A program made the translations under genes and the position numbers. The notes under the pieces are model-generated. The model was given only the letters and a program-made list of their open reading frames with translations, had not been told where the DNA came from and did not search any database. From the IMG/VR virus record IMGVR_UViG_3300031857_000560, positions 1-37,800 of that record: a stretch of 37,800 bases of DNA. One strand, written 5' to 3'. This document shows positions 1-9,043 of the stretch, one piece after another. Origin of the DNA: a virus. Lineage: Duplodnaviria > Caudoviricetes. The number at the start of each line of letters is the position of its first letter. Position 1 is the first letter of the stretch.

Positions 1-128
1 ACATAGCATTAAGTTGGAGTCAAATACCTGCTACTAATGAATTAGTATTTGAATTTGATGGTCAAAATCAATGGAAAAATGTTATCACTGAAGCCAGCAA
101 ATTGCAGGTATCTTCTTGGTTAGCTTAA
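1..128 (+). CDS. 3' end of a hypothetical protein (5'-truncated by the window)
   Basis: Frame from nt 3 is open (IALSWSQIPATNELVFEFDGQNQWKNVITEASKLQVSSWLA) to TAA at 126-128, overlapping the helicase stop convergently by 4 bp; not in the ORF track. Confidence 0.55.
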   Translation, partial: IALSWSQIPATNELVFEFDGQNQWKNVITEASKLQVSSWLA

Positions 129-1522
129 TCTTTTTCACTGTTAATTTGAGCTAAAATATTTCTAATATCCATAACTTTTTTAGGGTTTGATGTAGTTTCT
201 TGATTTGGTGCTGTTTCAATTTTGCTAGAGCGTTTTAGGGCTTGTGCAACATTGCTAGTTTGCATTTTTTGTTGATTAAAGCTAGGTTCTTCATCTTCGC
301 CTAAATCTGTAATACGTAAAGTATCAACATTAAATTCTAAATCCACTTTTTGACCCACACCTGAGCTAGAACGAGTTTTCATAAATTGTATTTGATATCT
401 GCCACGTTCTTTCATAGCACGACTAGTAAAGATACCGATCACGTTATCAGCTGTTTGAATCTTACTCAGACCACCTGAAATGTGACTATGATCGAATTCG
501 ATTTCTTCTACGGCACTTCGATTCAGCTGACTAGCTGTAACTGTAATACATTGTGTTTCCATAGCCAAATTACGGATCTCTTCTGACACGTATTTGTCTT
601 TAACAAACAGATCACTAGGACTTACCTTCACACTTAGAGGCATCATTAAATCCAGGTAATCTATTAACAAAACGTCTGGTTTTTGCCCCTTTTTGACCTG
701 ATATTCCTTCAAATAGGCGCGAATATCGTTACAATTTTTTCCTGAAGGCATATACTTAATCTGTATGCTTCCTGCACGTTTTTCCGCCATTTTAACCTTC
801 AATTCAACGTCGTCGATTGATTTAAAAATCTCTCTAGTTGAGATGCCGGTCATCATACTATCCAGTCGCATAGCCACTAGATTTTCACTAAGTTCAAAAG
901 TCAAGTAGACTACGTTCAATCCCAACATAGCCCAGTTCACACCAAGGTTAGCTAGGAATAGACTTTTGCCGCCGCCCGATGCTGCTGCAAAGATATTAAG
1001 TTCTCCTCGATTAAATCCGCCGTAGAGTTTCTTATCTACTGAAGGCCAACCTGTTGAAGTTTGTCCGTTATTATTTTTAATTTTCTCAAGTCTAGAGCGA
1101 GGATCTTCAAAGTAATCTGTACCCATATCTTTGTTAAGACTAATTTGAATAGCGTCTTTGATTAGTTTTTCTACAGGGCCGTAATCACCTTTTTCCAGTA
1201 AGTCAGCGGATTTTAGAATAGCACGTTCTAGTCCTTTATGTCGACTAAAATGTTCAAACTCGTCCATGAGCCATTCATAGTTTTCTCTAGGTAACGATAG
1301 TGTTTCTAGATTACTTCCACAAGTAGCATTAACAATTCTAACTTCGGGCATGACCTTATATTCATCAACATATTTGTTAATGAACTCAGCAACATTTTGT
1401 AATCTTCGATCAAAGTTTTCCGGGTCAAAAATATTTTGACAGCGGATAAATGTTTCTGCGTCCGACAAAAACATTTCCAGATATAATCTTTGTGTGTCTA
1501 AGTTGTAATTAGGTTTATCCAT
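125..1522 (-). CDS. DnaB-family replicative helicase (T4 gp41-like)
   Basis: Walker A AASGGGKS, LTFELSE, Walker B LLIDYLDLM, TASQLNR, MKTR arginine finger; directly downstream of primase. Confidence 0.95.
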   Translation of the reverse strand: MDKPNYNLDTQRLYLEMFLSDAETFIRCQNIFDPENFDRRLQNVAEFINKYVDEYKVMPEVRIVNATCGSNLETLSLPRENYEWLMDEFEHFSRHKGLERAILKSADLLEKGDYGPVEKLIKDAIQISLNKDMGTDYFEDPRSRLEKIKNNNGQTSTGWPSVDKKLYGGFNRGELNIFAAASGGGKSLFLANLGVNWAMLGLNVVYLTFELSENLVAMRLDSMMTGISTREIFKSIDDVELKVKMAEKRAGSIQIKYMPSGKNCNDIRAYLKEYQVKKGQKPDVLLIDYLDLMMPLSVKVSPSDLFVKDKYVSEEIRNLAMETQCITVTASQLNRSAVEEIEFDHSHISGGLSKIQTADNVIGIFTSRAMKERGRYQIQFMKTRSSSGVGQKVDLEFNVDTLRITDLGEDEEPSFNQQKMQTSNVAQALKRSSKIETAPNQETTSNPKKVMDIRNILAQINSEKD

Positions 1523-2513
1523 TGAGTGCTTCTAGTTTTTTCTTTAGTAGTTGTATTTTTATCTCGTTTGTTTCTCGATAGTGTAGAATTGTGAAAAGTG
1601 TGTACAATCTACCATAATGTTTAACTGCATCTGCTGCGTCTTTAATATGTTCTTCCCAAGGCGGTAAGCTCACTGTCCAATGATTGTCAAGTGCTGCCTG
1701 AATTAATTTAGCGCCCGGTTTATCTCTATCAGGTACAACAATGACTTCTTTGCCCAATGCATTAATTCTAGAGCATTGTGTTTCGTTAGGGTCGTTGTGC
1801 ATAACAGCGATGCCATCTATAGCAATAGCATCGAATTGTCCTTCTACTACTATTACGTATTTTCTATCGTAAGTTTGATGGTCAATATTGAATACATAGC
1901 CAGGTTGAGTGTCTGTTAGGTATTTTGGTTTACCATCTCCTATTTTTCTTCCTGTCCAACCTACAATTTTACCGTTATGATAAAATGGTAATATCACTCG
2001 ATCTCTGTAGCCGTTTTCGGGGCTCCAATGCCACGGATACCAATCCCACCCTACTTTGCGCTCATTTGCCAAATATTTAATTACATCGAGTAGTTCAGTA
2101 TCTTGAGCGCCTTCGGCTACCCAAGTATCTATAGGCAAACAGTTATCGGGTAAAGTTCGTTCTTCAAGTTCAAATTTAATTGTTGTTTTATTTCCAGGTT
2201 GATCCTGTTTATTTTGTAGTGCAATAAAAGACAGTTTATCAATTTCAGTATCAGAAAGTCCTAGCCATTTAAAAAGGCTTTTAGTATTTTTTGATAAAAG
2301 ATGTCCAGTGCTCCATCCTGCTTTAAAGTTGCAATTAAAGCAGTGATATTGGAAGCCACCGTTGGGATTTAGTAGTATTCCACCACGTTGACGATTATCT
2401 TTAGATTCACCTCTATTATGGCAACAAGGAGCGTTAAAGCTAGTCCATCCGCTAGGAGTTAGCTTTTTCTTTGGAGGCAATAGTGCTTGTAATGCTGCTT
2501 GTATCTCACTCAT
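1515..2513 (-). CDS. DNA primase (T4 gp61/DnaG-like)
   Basis: N-terminal zinc-binding CCH...CFNC, TGR..PKY, TOPRIM VVEGQFDA and DRD, KDAAD. Confidence 0.92.
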   Translation of the reverse strand: MSEIQAALQALLPPKKKLTPSGWTSFNAPCCHNRGESKDNRQRGGILLNPNGGFQYHCFNCNFKAGWSTGHLLSKNTKSLFKWLGLSDTEIDKLSFIALQNKQDQPGNKTTIKFELEERTLPDNCLPIDTWVAEGAQDTELLDVIKYLANERKVGWDWYPWHWSPENGYRDRVILPFYHNGKIVGWTGRKIGDGKPKYLTDTQPGYVFNIDHQTYDRKYVIVVEGQFDAIAIDGIAVMHNDPNETQCSRINALGKEVIVVPDRDKPGAKLIQAALDNHWTVSLPPWEEHIKDAADAVKHYGRLYTLFTILHYRETNEIKIQLLKKKLEALNG

Positions 2514-2519
2514 CCTACT

Positions 2520-2548
2520 ATTTTAACTTCTATACAGTGCTTTGTCAA
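2520..2548 (-). promoter_or_regulatory. sigma70-like promoter for primase-helicase
   Basis: Minus strand TTGACA (2548-2543), 17-bp spacer, TAAAAT (2525-2520), then 6 nt to the ATG at 2513. Confidence 0.75.
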
Positions 2549-3359
2549 AGCTTCCGTAGTAAGCAGGATTATCATTATCTGGATCTGTAGGTCCTTGTGC
2601 AGGTATATGTTTTATTCGAACAAAACTATAAACGCCGTTAAAATTGATATAATCGATACCTGTAAAACCGTTGTAGGTACGTTCTTCTACGGTGCTGTAG
2701 TTTGAGTTAACGCCAGGAGTGTTATCTAAAGTTACCTGAATTTGTACAGTGCCTTTATAGTTTGTCATGTAGCAGGCCACAGTATGCAAAGCTGTATTAC
2801 CGTTGAATTCCGGATTTGCGTAGACATTTCCGCTTTTATGCTCGTACTTAAAAATTTGATCGTTATAAGTTTTAGTAAAATTAGTTATTTCTTTACTATC
2901 TTGTAATACGGGATATATATCTTGACTTAAGTGTAGGGTTCCGGCCATTCCGTAATAAGTGTTGCTATAAGCAGGCAAGTAAGTGCCGTCTGTATCTTGT
3001 AATTTAATAGCGTATTGATAGCTAGTTCTAGTTAGATCAAGTGTATCGCTTTCAGTCAAAGTTAGTAGAGCCAAACCTTTAGTGGAAGTTGTGCCGGCGT
3101 CGATAATGGAAAGATTTTTTTCTATAATCAGACGTTGATTTACGGCATCAAACATGCTGAATACAAAAGTTTGTGTATTGTAGATTCTAAGTTTTTTTTG
3201 ATCGCTGTTCTTAAATTGGATACGAACTTGATTTTTTATACCTTTTTGAATTTTTAAATCACGTTGATACATAACCTGATTCACTCCCCGTGTCATGGTG
3301 TCCAAATCTAGTGTTACATCTAGTGTGTTCGAATATAAATAGACTGGTAGATTTTGCAT
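2523..3359 (-). CDS. putative virion structural protein, beta-rich (BppU-N/Ig-like pattern)
   Basis: 278 aa; pattern IQKGIKNQVRIQFKNSD...GLALLTLTESDTLDL..SYQYAI resembles baseplate Ig-like domains; preceded by a TAAATA motif. Confidence 0.5.
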   Translation of the reverse strand: MQNLPVYLYSNTLDVTLDLDTMTRGVNQVMYQRDLKIQKGIKNQVRIQFKNSDQKKLRIYNTQTFVFSMFDAVNQRLIIEKNLSIIDAGTTSTKGLALLTLTESDTLDLTRTSYQYAIKLQDTDGTYLPAYSNTYYGMAGTLHLSQDIYPVLQDSKEITNFTKTYNDQIFKYEHKSGNVYANPEFNGNTALHTVACYMTNYKGTVQIQVTLDNTPGVNSNYSTVEERTYNGFTGIDYINFNGVYSFVRIKHIPAQGPTDPDNDNPAYYGSFDKALYRS

Positions 3360-3367
3360 AGCAATAG

Positions 3368-3375
3368 TATTTATT
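3368..3375 (-). promoter_or_regulatory. late promoter-like motif
   Basis: AATAAATA on the minus strand, 8 nt before the ATG at 3359. Confidence 0.6.
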
Positions 3376-3382
3376 GAATATA

Positions 3383-3763
3383 ATGAAAGACAAGTTTCAA
3401 ATTAATTATCCGTTTTTAAGTTGTATTAGATCCAACAATAAGGAATATATCGGCATCATTGTCAATTTTGACAGTAATATAGTCAGCATTTATGATATAT
3501 CGATGGTAAGTGGGGAAGAAGAAAGAAAATTTTTCTTAGAGATGGGAGACACGTGGTGGTGGGAAAGTAATCGTAAAATTCCCATCAATATATTTCTAAA
3601 GAAAGAAATGATAGTATTTAGGCCTTTTATAAAAACATTCAATGCCAAGGATGTTGATTTATTATTCGGACCTATAGTAAATCTAAGTGATATTGCCGAA
3701 AAGCGTGTTAAAAGAAAATCAATTCAATTAGTTAAATCTGTTAAGAATATTCGTAGCCAATAG
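3383..3763 (+). CDS. hypothetical protein
   Basis: Fills the gap between two minus-strand genes; ATG at 3383 preferred over TTG at 3374; no family recognised. Confidence 0.7.
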   Translation: MKDKFQINYPFLSCIRSNNKEYIGIIVNFDSNIVSIYDISMVSGEEERKFFLEMGDTWWWESNRKIPINIFLKKEMIVFRPFIKTFNAKDVDLLFGPIVNLSDIAEKRVKRKSIQLVKSVKNIRSQ

Positions 3764-4319
3764 ATTCACATATTAAGTTCATCTGTACAATAATCGCCAA
3801 TGCATATGCAACTGCGTGAGATTTCTTAAAATAGTAATCATTATTATCAGGTTTTACCCAAACTTCTTTTAAAATTTGATCCCAAGGTTGATGAAGCAAG
3901 TGTCTTTTTGCCGGGCGAATTAAGGCCAGTACTGCTGCCAGTTGTTCGACATTCTTGGGTTTCAAGGTTCTCAAGATATTCCCATGTCCGTTTAGATGAA
4001 ACAGTAGATTGATGAATTCGTCTTGCTCTAGTAGATCCCATAGTGGTTCAGTCTCCATAAGTTTTATTAAATGTTCTTCGTTTTTTATATTTTTATAAAT
4101 GTTAACGTTAAGAAAATCTAATTTAAAATATCCTCTATCCTCTGCTGTTTTGTAATCAATACTAGCAAGATTATTTAAAGGATTAGTAGGTATTTGTTGA
4201 CAATAAACACCAGTGTTGTGTTTTTTAACAAGATCTTTTTCTATAATTGAAGCAGGTATATGTTCAATTATATTTAATATTTGAGTTCTATCGTGAAAGT
4301 CAATATCAATATCAGGCAT
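3741..4319 (-). CDS. minimal DNA polymerase III alpha (DnaE)-like nucleotidyltransferase
   Basis: 192 aa with ordered DnaE motifs PDIDIDF, HNTGVY, GYFKLDFL, LALIRPA, FKKSHAVAY. Confidence 0.85.
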   Translation of the reverse strand: MPDIDIDFHDRTQILNIIEHIPASIIEKDLVKKHNTGVYCQQIPTNPLNNLASIDYKTAEDRGYFKLDFLNVNIYKNIKNEEHLIKLMETEPLWDLLEQDEFINLLFHLNGHGNILRTLKPKNVEQLAAVLALIRPAKRHLLHQPWDQILKEVWVKPDNNDYYFKKSHAVAYALAIIVQMNLICESIGYEYS

Positions 4320-5094
4320 TTTTAATTGTTTCTATATCTTGAGTTGTTAAAGTATAAACACCTTGATGTTGTACGGAAATTGCCGAGCATTTGTTTGCAT
4401 AAATTATAGCAGTTTTAATATCATTTGTCAGTAAGAAAAAGTAAGTCAGTGCTGCCAAAAATGTATCACCTGCTCCGCAAACGTCTACCATTTCTACTTT
4501 TTCTGTTGGGAATATTTGGTTATTAAATTTAGCTCCCTTATCGCCTAATGTTATTATCAGATTGTCGCAATGTGATATGGAACTTTTACTTTCTTGTTCA
4601 TTAACCTTTACATAGCATCCTTCAAATTTTTTCAAATCTGATTTTTTACTATCGATAAAAATTGGTCCTTTATATAGCAATCTAATTTCAGCTATATTTT
4701 CGTAGGTCACAAAACCTTTGTTATAATCACTGATAACAATAGCATTATACTGATCAAATGCTAAAGATTTAAAATTAGGATTAAATGGCGAGCTTATTTT
4801 ATCTTCATCTACTCGAACAATATGTTGTTTACTACGTTCATCGATATATCTACGTTTGATTGATTTTTTGCCGCCGGTCATAAAATCAACATCACAGTTA
4901 AATGCTTCGAGATTATCTTTAACATTAGCTGCCATACCATATTTTGAATTCCAATGTGTTATTTTTAACACAGGAACAGGTGCTTCGGGATTTAGTCTAT
5001 CACAAGTACCGTAATAGTATTCATCTATGCAACTATCACCTATTAACAATATCTTGAATTTTTTGTGTAGTTGAGTATTTGTTAAGTCTATCAT
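4312..5094 (-). CDS. heptose-7-phosphate kinase, HldE/RfaE kinase-domain type (PfkB family)
   Basis: IGDSCIDEYYYG..RLNPEAPVPV, GMAANV, ISDYNKG, KVNEQE, DVCGAGDTF. Confidence 0.9.
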   Translation of the reverse strand: MIDLTNTQLHKKFKILLIGDSCIDEYYYGTCDRLNPEAPVPVLKITHWNSKYGMAANVKDNLEAFNCDVDFMTGGKKSIKRRYIDERSKQHIVRVDEDKISSPFNPNFKSLAFDQYNAIVISDYNKGFVTYENIAEIRLLYKGPIFIDSKKSDLKKFEGCYVKVNEQESKSSISHCDNLIITLGDKGAKFNNQIFPTEKVEMVDVCGAGDTFLAALTYFFLLTNDIKTAIIYANKCSAISVQHQGVYTLTTQDIETIKNA

Positions 5095-5437
5095 AAAAGA
5101 TAATTTGTTTACAAAATTCTGAACCTATAATTGGTTTATCTATATAGTCGCTGCCTTTGATCATTAGATCCGGTTCATAATTTTTTATATAATTTCTCAG
5201 TTCATCATCTGTATCAAAGATATCAACTTTATCTACAGACCTCAATGCTGCTAATAAGCTAGCTCTTTCATATTCGTTGTTTATCGGTCTTTCTGGACCT
5301 TTTAATTTTTTAATTCTATTATCACTATCAATTAACACATAGATATAAGAATCAGGATAGGACCTGGCATATTCTAAAAGACGTAAATGTCCAACATGAA
5401 CAATATCAAATGTTCCGTTGACAATTATTTTTTTCAT
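5036..5437 (-). CDS. heptose-1-phosphate nucleotidyltransferase, HldE/RfaE domain II type
   Basis: NGTFDIVHVGH (HxGH), SD..IKKLKGPERPIN...ER, KGSDY, YSTT. Confidence 0.9.
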   Translation of the reverse strand: MKKIIVNGTFDIVHVGHLRLLEYARSYPDSYIYVLIDSDNRIKKLKGPERPINNEYERASLLAALRSVDKVDIFDTDDELRNYIKNYEPDLMIKGSDYIDKPIIGSEFCKQIIFYDRLNKYSTTQKIQDIVNR

Positions 5438-6207
5438 ATTTGATAGTGTTTTCTTAATTTAGTAACATCTGCTCTGGTATAGGATTGATATTGAGTTTTT
5501 ACATGTTCGGGAATAGGAATATACTCTATAGTTGCGTTATATTTTTTTGCTATTTCTTGTGCCACTTCTTCAAAAGATTTTATTTTACCTGTTCCTACGT
5601 TCCATATGCCAGTTTCTTTAACATTTAAAAATGTTTTATGAACATCTATCACCGTTTCAACAGGAACAAAATCTCTAAAGAATTTATCAGAATTTTCAAA
5701 AATTTTAATTATACCGGTTTCTTTTGCCTGTTTTTCAAATTTATGATAAGGACTAGCTTGATCTCCTTTATGATCTTCATGCGGACCGTAGACATTAAAA
5801 TATCTAAAACCTTGAACTACTATTTTATCAAAATTTTGAGTAGTAACATGTCGGTCAAATAGGTATTTGCTCCAAGCATATGGACTACGAGGATCCACTG
5901 GACCATCTTCTCTAAATTCGTTTAATTGACCATATATACTAGCACTACTAGAATATTGTAAATTAACACCATGCAATTGACAAGATATTAATATAATACA
6001 ACTAAAGTCATGATTCTGTCTCATAACTTTTTCAACATTTCTTTCAGTAGTGGAACTTAATGCGCCGAGATGTATGCACCAATCAAGACCTTCAAACTCT
6101 GGGGGAGGATCTCCCCATTCGTAAAATGTTAATTCGTGATCATCTTTCAATGCAGCAGTTAAATTCTGTCCTATAAATCCTTTATGACCTGTAACTAATA
6201 TTTTCAT
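5434..6207 (-). CDS. hldD: ADP-L-glycero-D-manno-heptose 6-epimerase
   Basis: Extended SDR: TGHKGFIG, HLGALSSTTE, YSSSASIYG, YAWSK, FRYFNVYGPHEDHKG, YQSYTRAD; next to the HldE halves. Confidence 0.88.
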   Translation of the reverse strand: MKILVTGHKGFIGQNLTAALKDDHELTFYEWGDPPPEFEGLDWCIHLGALSSTTERNVEKVMRQNHDFSCIILISCQLHGVNLQYSSSASIYGQLNEFREDGPVDPRSPYAWSKYLFDRHVTTQNFDKIVVQGFRYFNVYGPHEDHKGDQASPYHKFEKQAKETGIIKIFENSDKFFRDFVPVETVIDVHKTFLNVKETGIWNVGTGKIKSFEEVAQEIAKKYNATIEYIPIPEHVKTQYQSYTRADVTKLRKHYQI

Positions 6208-6560
6208 TTTTGACTATCACCTTTTGCTACACGATAATTATCACTTACACTATCTGGTGTGCTAACTTCTATAATTGTACCTTCTTCTAAACAAAAGATC
6301 TGATGTGGGAATAGAGGTTCATTCCTCCATGTATCATTTACATTTAATTCTTTTTGATGTTCGGTAGCATCTCTAGTATCGATATATTTTACAAGAAATT
6401 TGCCAGATAGTACAAACCAAGTTTCATCTTTTTCTGCGTGAAAGTGCATACTGAACCGCGCATCTTTATTGAACTTTAAAAGTTTACCGCAATATTTGTC
6501 ATTGGTAGCCCAAATGAGTTCATGACCCCATCCTTTTTCTACAAATCCTTCCAATCTCAT
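6204..6560 (-). CDS. cupin-fold sugar isomerase-like protein
   Basis: KGWGHE, SMHFHAEKDETWFVLSG, PHQI, IIEVST cupin metal motifs; ATGA-coupled to hldD. Confidence 0.75.
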   Translation of the reverse strand: MRLEGFVEKGWGHELIWATNDKYCGKLLKFNKDARFSMHFHAEKDETWFVLSGKFLVKYIDTRDATEHQKELNVNDTWRNEPLFPHQIFCLEEGTIIEVSTPDSVSDNYRVAKGDSQK

Positions 6561-7030
6561 TTATCGTCCTCTACTTCTATCCAAGTATGGTCACCTAACC
6601 ATTTTACTCTAGCTATCCAATCATATCCTTCAGTTACTAAAGAATCATTAGGTCCGTGATGACACAAAATGGTTTTTTGTTTTCTTTTATCAAATGCTAG
6701 CCAATAGCATTGATCATGATAAACTTGGAATTGATATTCGGCAGCATGTACTGCATCAGTAATTTCTAATCTTCTTTTTAATTGTTCAGCCTGTCCTTGC
6801 AATACCTTAACGAGATCCATAATGCGATCATATTCTTGTTGTGCATATAGACGTGCAACATTAAGCATTATATCTTTTTGCTTAGTTACAGGTACTAGGT
6901 CAAATTTAGGACCTCCGGCCTCAGTAGGATAAGGAGTGACATTTCTATTGAAGAATGCTACTAAATTTCCACTAGAAGTAGAATCATAGCTATCTCTACC
7001 TTTTGCAGAATTTAGTTTTTCATCGATCAT
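6557..7030 (-). CDS. hypothetical protein (possibly DUF2452-like)
   Basis: Coiled coil followed by AEYQFQ....YWL and D.TW; family resemblance is from memory only. Confidence 0.45.
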   Translation of the reverse strand: MIDEKLNSAKGRDSYDSTSSGNLVAFFNRNVTPYPTEAGGPKFDLVPVTKQKDIMLNVARLYAQQEYDRIMDLVKVLQGQAEQLKRRLEITDAVHAAEYQFQVYHDQCYWLAFDKRKQKTILCHHGPNDSLVTEGYDWIARVKWLGDHTWIEVEDDK

Positions 7031-7410
7031 AGTTCCCCACTTTTTGCCATTTTAAGCATTAAACTATATTGTTCATATGCTTTCTTTACTGCTGGATACT
7101 TATCTTTTAAATATCGTTCTTCTTCTTTTTGCTGCATGATTGAATCAAAAATGCCGTAATGTCCGCGTTCGTTCATATGATTATAAACTTCGGCTTCAAA
7201 TCTTGCAATGCGTTCTAATTCACTTTCGGCAATCTCTAGAGTATATAGTTTTTCTGTCTCAAATCTGAGTGTTTCTTCTTTTAGAAATTTATTATAATCT
7301 TCTGGAAATTGAAATAGAGCTGTATTAAATCTAGTATGTCTATGTGCTCTTTTAGTATCATCAATAATTCTAATTGAGTGATCTTTTAGAAAGTTTCTAA
7401 TGTCAATCAT
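7027..7410 (-). CDS. hypothetical protein
   Basis: 127 aa, ATGA overlaps on both sides; C-terminal PAVKKAYEQY..MLK helix. Confidence 0.75.
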   Translation of the reverse strand: MIDIRNFLKDHSIRIIDDTKRAHRHTRFNTALFQFPEDYNKFLKEETLRFETEKLYTLEIAESELERIARFEAEVYNHMNERGHYGIFDSIMQQKEEERYLKDKYPAVKKAYEQYSLMLKMAKSGEL

Positions 7411-8102
7411 TCTATCCCAATCTCTTTACAAATTTCTTTTACTAGTGCAACATCAGCAGGAGTTTCTTTAAATTTTTTAAACCAATACTTGGCTTCGAAT
7501 GCCGGAGCAATCATAGATATTTGCTCGTCATTCATTTTTTGAATCATGTCTTTTCCAGCTTTGCTATTTAATATTACCCAACAGCTAATATGACCGTTTA
7601 AGATATCGTATACTGCTTTATTAAGACTAACGTAATTAAAGTAATGTGCAAATTCTGCGTTATGTTCGTCGGCCCATTCCATCATAGTTTGAATAGTTCT
7701 TTGTACAGCAGATTCAACAGGTTCAGTTTTTAGTATTTCGAACAAATATTTTTCGTAAAGTTTATCCTTACACCAATTATCTAATTTTTCACCGCTTTTG
7801 ATAACGTAGTCAATAAATTTATCAGGATAAAGTGGATTTACATTATTAATAAAACTGCCAAATTTAACAAATGCGTTATAGTAACTGCTATCAGCAAATT
7901 CGTCATAGGTCTTTGATTTTTTAGAATTCTGAGTTAATTCCCAAAATCTATTATAGGCCATAAAACCTGCCTGAACACGTTTTTCATCTTTTTGTAAAGC
8001 ACGACGTTTACGTTCACACATATGGGCCACAAGAGTTTTCTCTTGCATAAATTTCTTTTTGCAATGAATGCAAGTATGAGGTTGTTCTACTAGTGCTATC
8101 AT
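7407..8102 (-). CDS. hypothetical protein with N-terminal zinc finger
   Basis: CIHCKKKF......AHMC; start moved to the ATG at 8102, which gives an ATGA overlap with the upstream gene. Confidence 0.7.
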   Translation of the reverse strand: MIALVEQPHTCIHCKKKFMQEKTLVAHMCERKRRALQKDEKRVQAGFMAYNRFWELTQNSKKSKTYDEFADSSYYNAFVKFGSFINNVNPLYPDKFIDYVIKSGEKLDNWCKDKLYEKYLFEILKTEPVESAVQRTIQTMMEWADEHNAEFAHYFNYVSLNKAVYDILNGHISCWVILNSKAGKDMIQKMNDEQISMIAPAFEAKYWFKKFKETPADVALVKEICKEIGIE

Positions 8103-8314
8103 TTTACTTCCCATGCCCAATGTACTACAACCCAATCTGTTAGACAATCTTCAAAACAATAGTTACTATCTACAGTTTCTTGACCGAATTTTTTACACAT
8201 TTTTTCGTACCAATAAGGGTAATATTCTTTTCTAATATCTTCTTCCGACACGGTTGCAACGTAGTCGTCAACACCCGGTTCAGTTTTGTATTCATTATAA
8301 GAAAAATATCTCAT
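8099..8314 (-). CDS. hypothetical protein
   Basis: 71 aa, ATGA-coupled at both ends. Confidence 0.7.
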   Translation of the reverse strand: MRYFSYNEYKTEPGVDDYVATVSEEDIRKEYYPYWYEKMCKKFGQETVDSNYCFEDCLTDWVVVHWAWEVK

Positions 8315-8775
8315 TCGTATTCTTTTCTTTGTTTTTTATCAAAGCCCATTTTATCAAATAGCTCATTACAATCGTCTTTAGACATCATGCTAGCTAACAA
8401 TTTTATATCTTCTAATTTACGACTTGGATAAATTTCAACAAGTAGTTTTTCAATTTTATTTGCTTTTTCTTTTTTTCCTGCTGCAAGATAAGGATGATAA
8501 GTAGGTATTCCTGCACCAGTAGACGCAAATAGTTTCCATAGTAAAGGTTTATGATTTTTGCTTAAAGTCCAATGATGTTTATTAACACATTCATTAGTCA
8601 TTTCAAGAAACCATTCTTGGATATCTTTATCGCCCTGTACGTTTGAAGTATAGCGCATGAGAATATAAGGACTAAATGCCTTACGTTCTTCATCTGTTAG
8701 ATTATCATAAAAGTTATAATTTTTTGTATCTACTGCCTGAAGTTCGCGTTTGATATCAAGTTTTGCTGTTGCCAT
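8311..8775 (-). CDS. putative clamp-loader small subunit (T4 gp62-like)
   Basis: EERKAFSPYILMRYTS...EMTNE.VN pattern, size and replication context resemble gp62-like proteins. Confidence 0.5.
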   Translation of the reverse strand: MATAKLDIKRELQAVDTKNYNFYDNLTDEERKAFSPYILMRYTSNVQGDKDIQEWFLEMTNECVNKHHWTLSKNHKPLLWKLFASTGAGIPTYHPYLAAGKKEKANKIEKLLVEIYPSRKLEDIKLLASMMSKDDCNELFDKMGFDKKQRKEYE

Positions 8776-8776
8776 A

Positions 8777-9040
8777 TTATACAGGATGCCAAAAAAGAGG
8801 TTCTTGTTTTTTACTTAAATGATATATTAGTTTAGCATTATCTAGTGCTTTTTGTAAAGCAGGATTATTTTTGCCTTCGATAATAATTTTTTCCCAAAGC
8901 TCTGATTCATCTCTAAGGGTTCTATCGTAATCTCTACCAATCTCAAACCGTGTGTTCAATGGACTACCTGCTTCTCGAGCATAAGTTATACCATCTGCTT
9001 TTTCGTAAATATAAGTTGCGCCCGGTTTAAGTTGGCCCAT
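8777..9040 (-). CDS. hypothetical protein
   Basis: 87 aa in an operon; YIYEKADGITYARE, NPALQKALD. Confidence 0.7.
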   Translation of the reverse strand: MGQLKPGATYIYEKADGITYAREAGSPLNTRFEIGRDYDRTLRDESELWEKIIIEGKNNPALQKALDNAKLIYHLSKKQEPLFWHPV

Positions 9041-9043
9041 AAT

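Noticed and set aside
781-790. Further TGGCGGAA matches (helicase near 781; 67-aa gene near 33593) as copies of the 21-bp repeat
   Set aside because: Only 8-10 bp match and they lack the CAAGGT half; consistent with chance
4312-6207. Heptose genes as host chromosome contamination or a prophage boundary
   Set aside because: They overlap flanking phage genes by translational coupling, and are compact and compositionally similar
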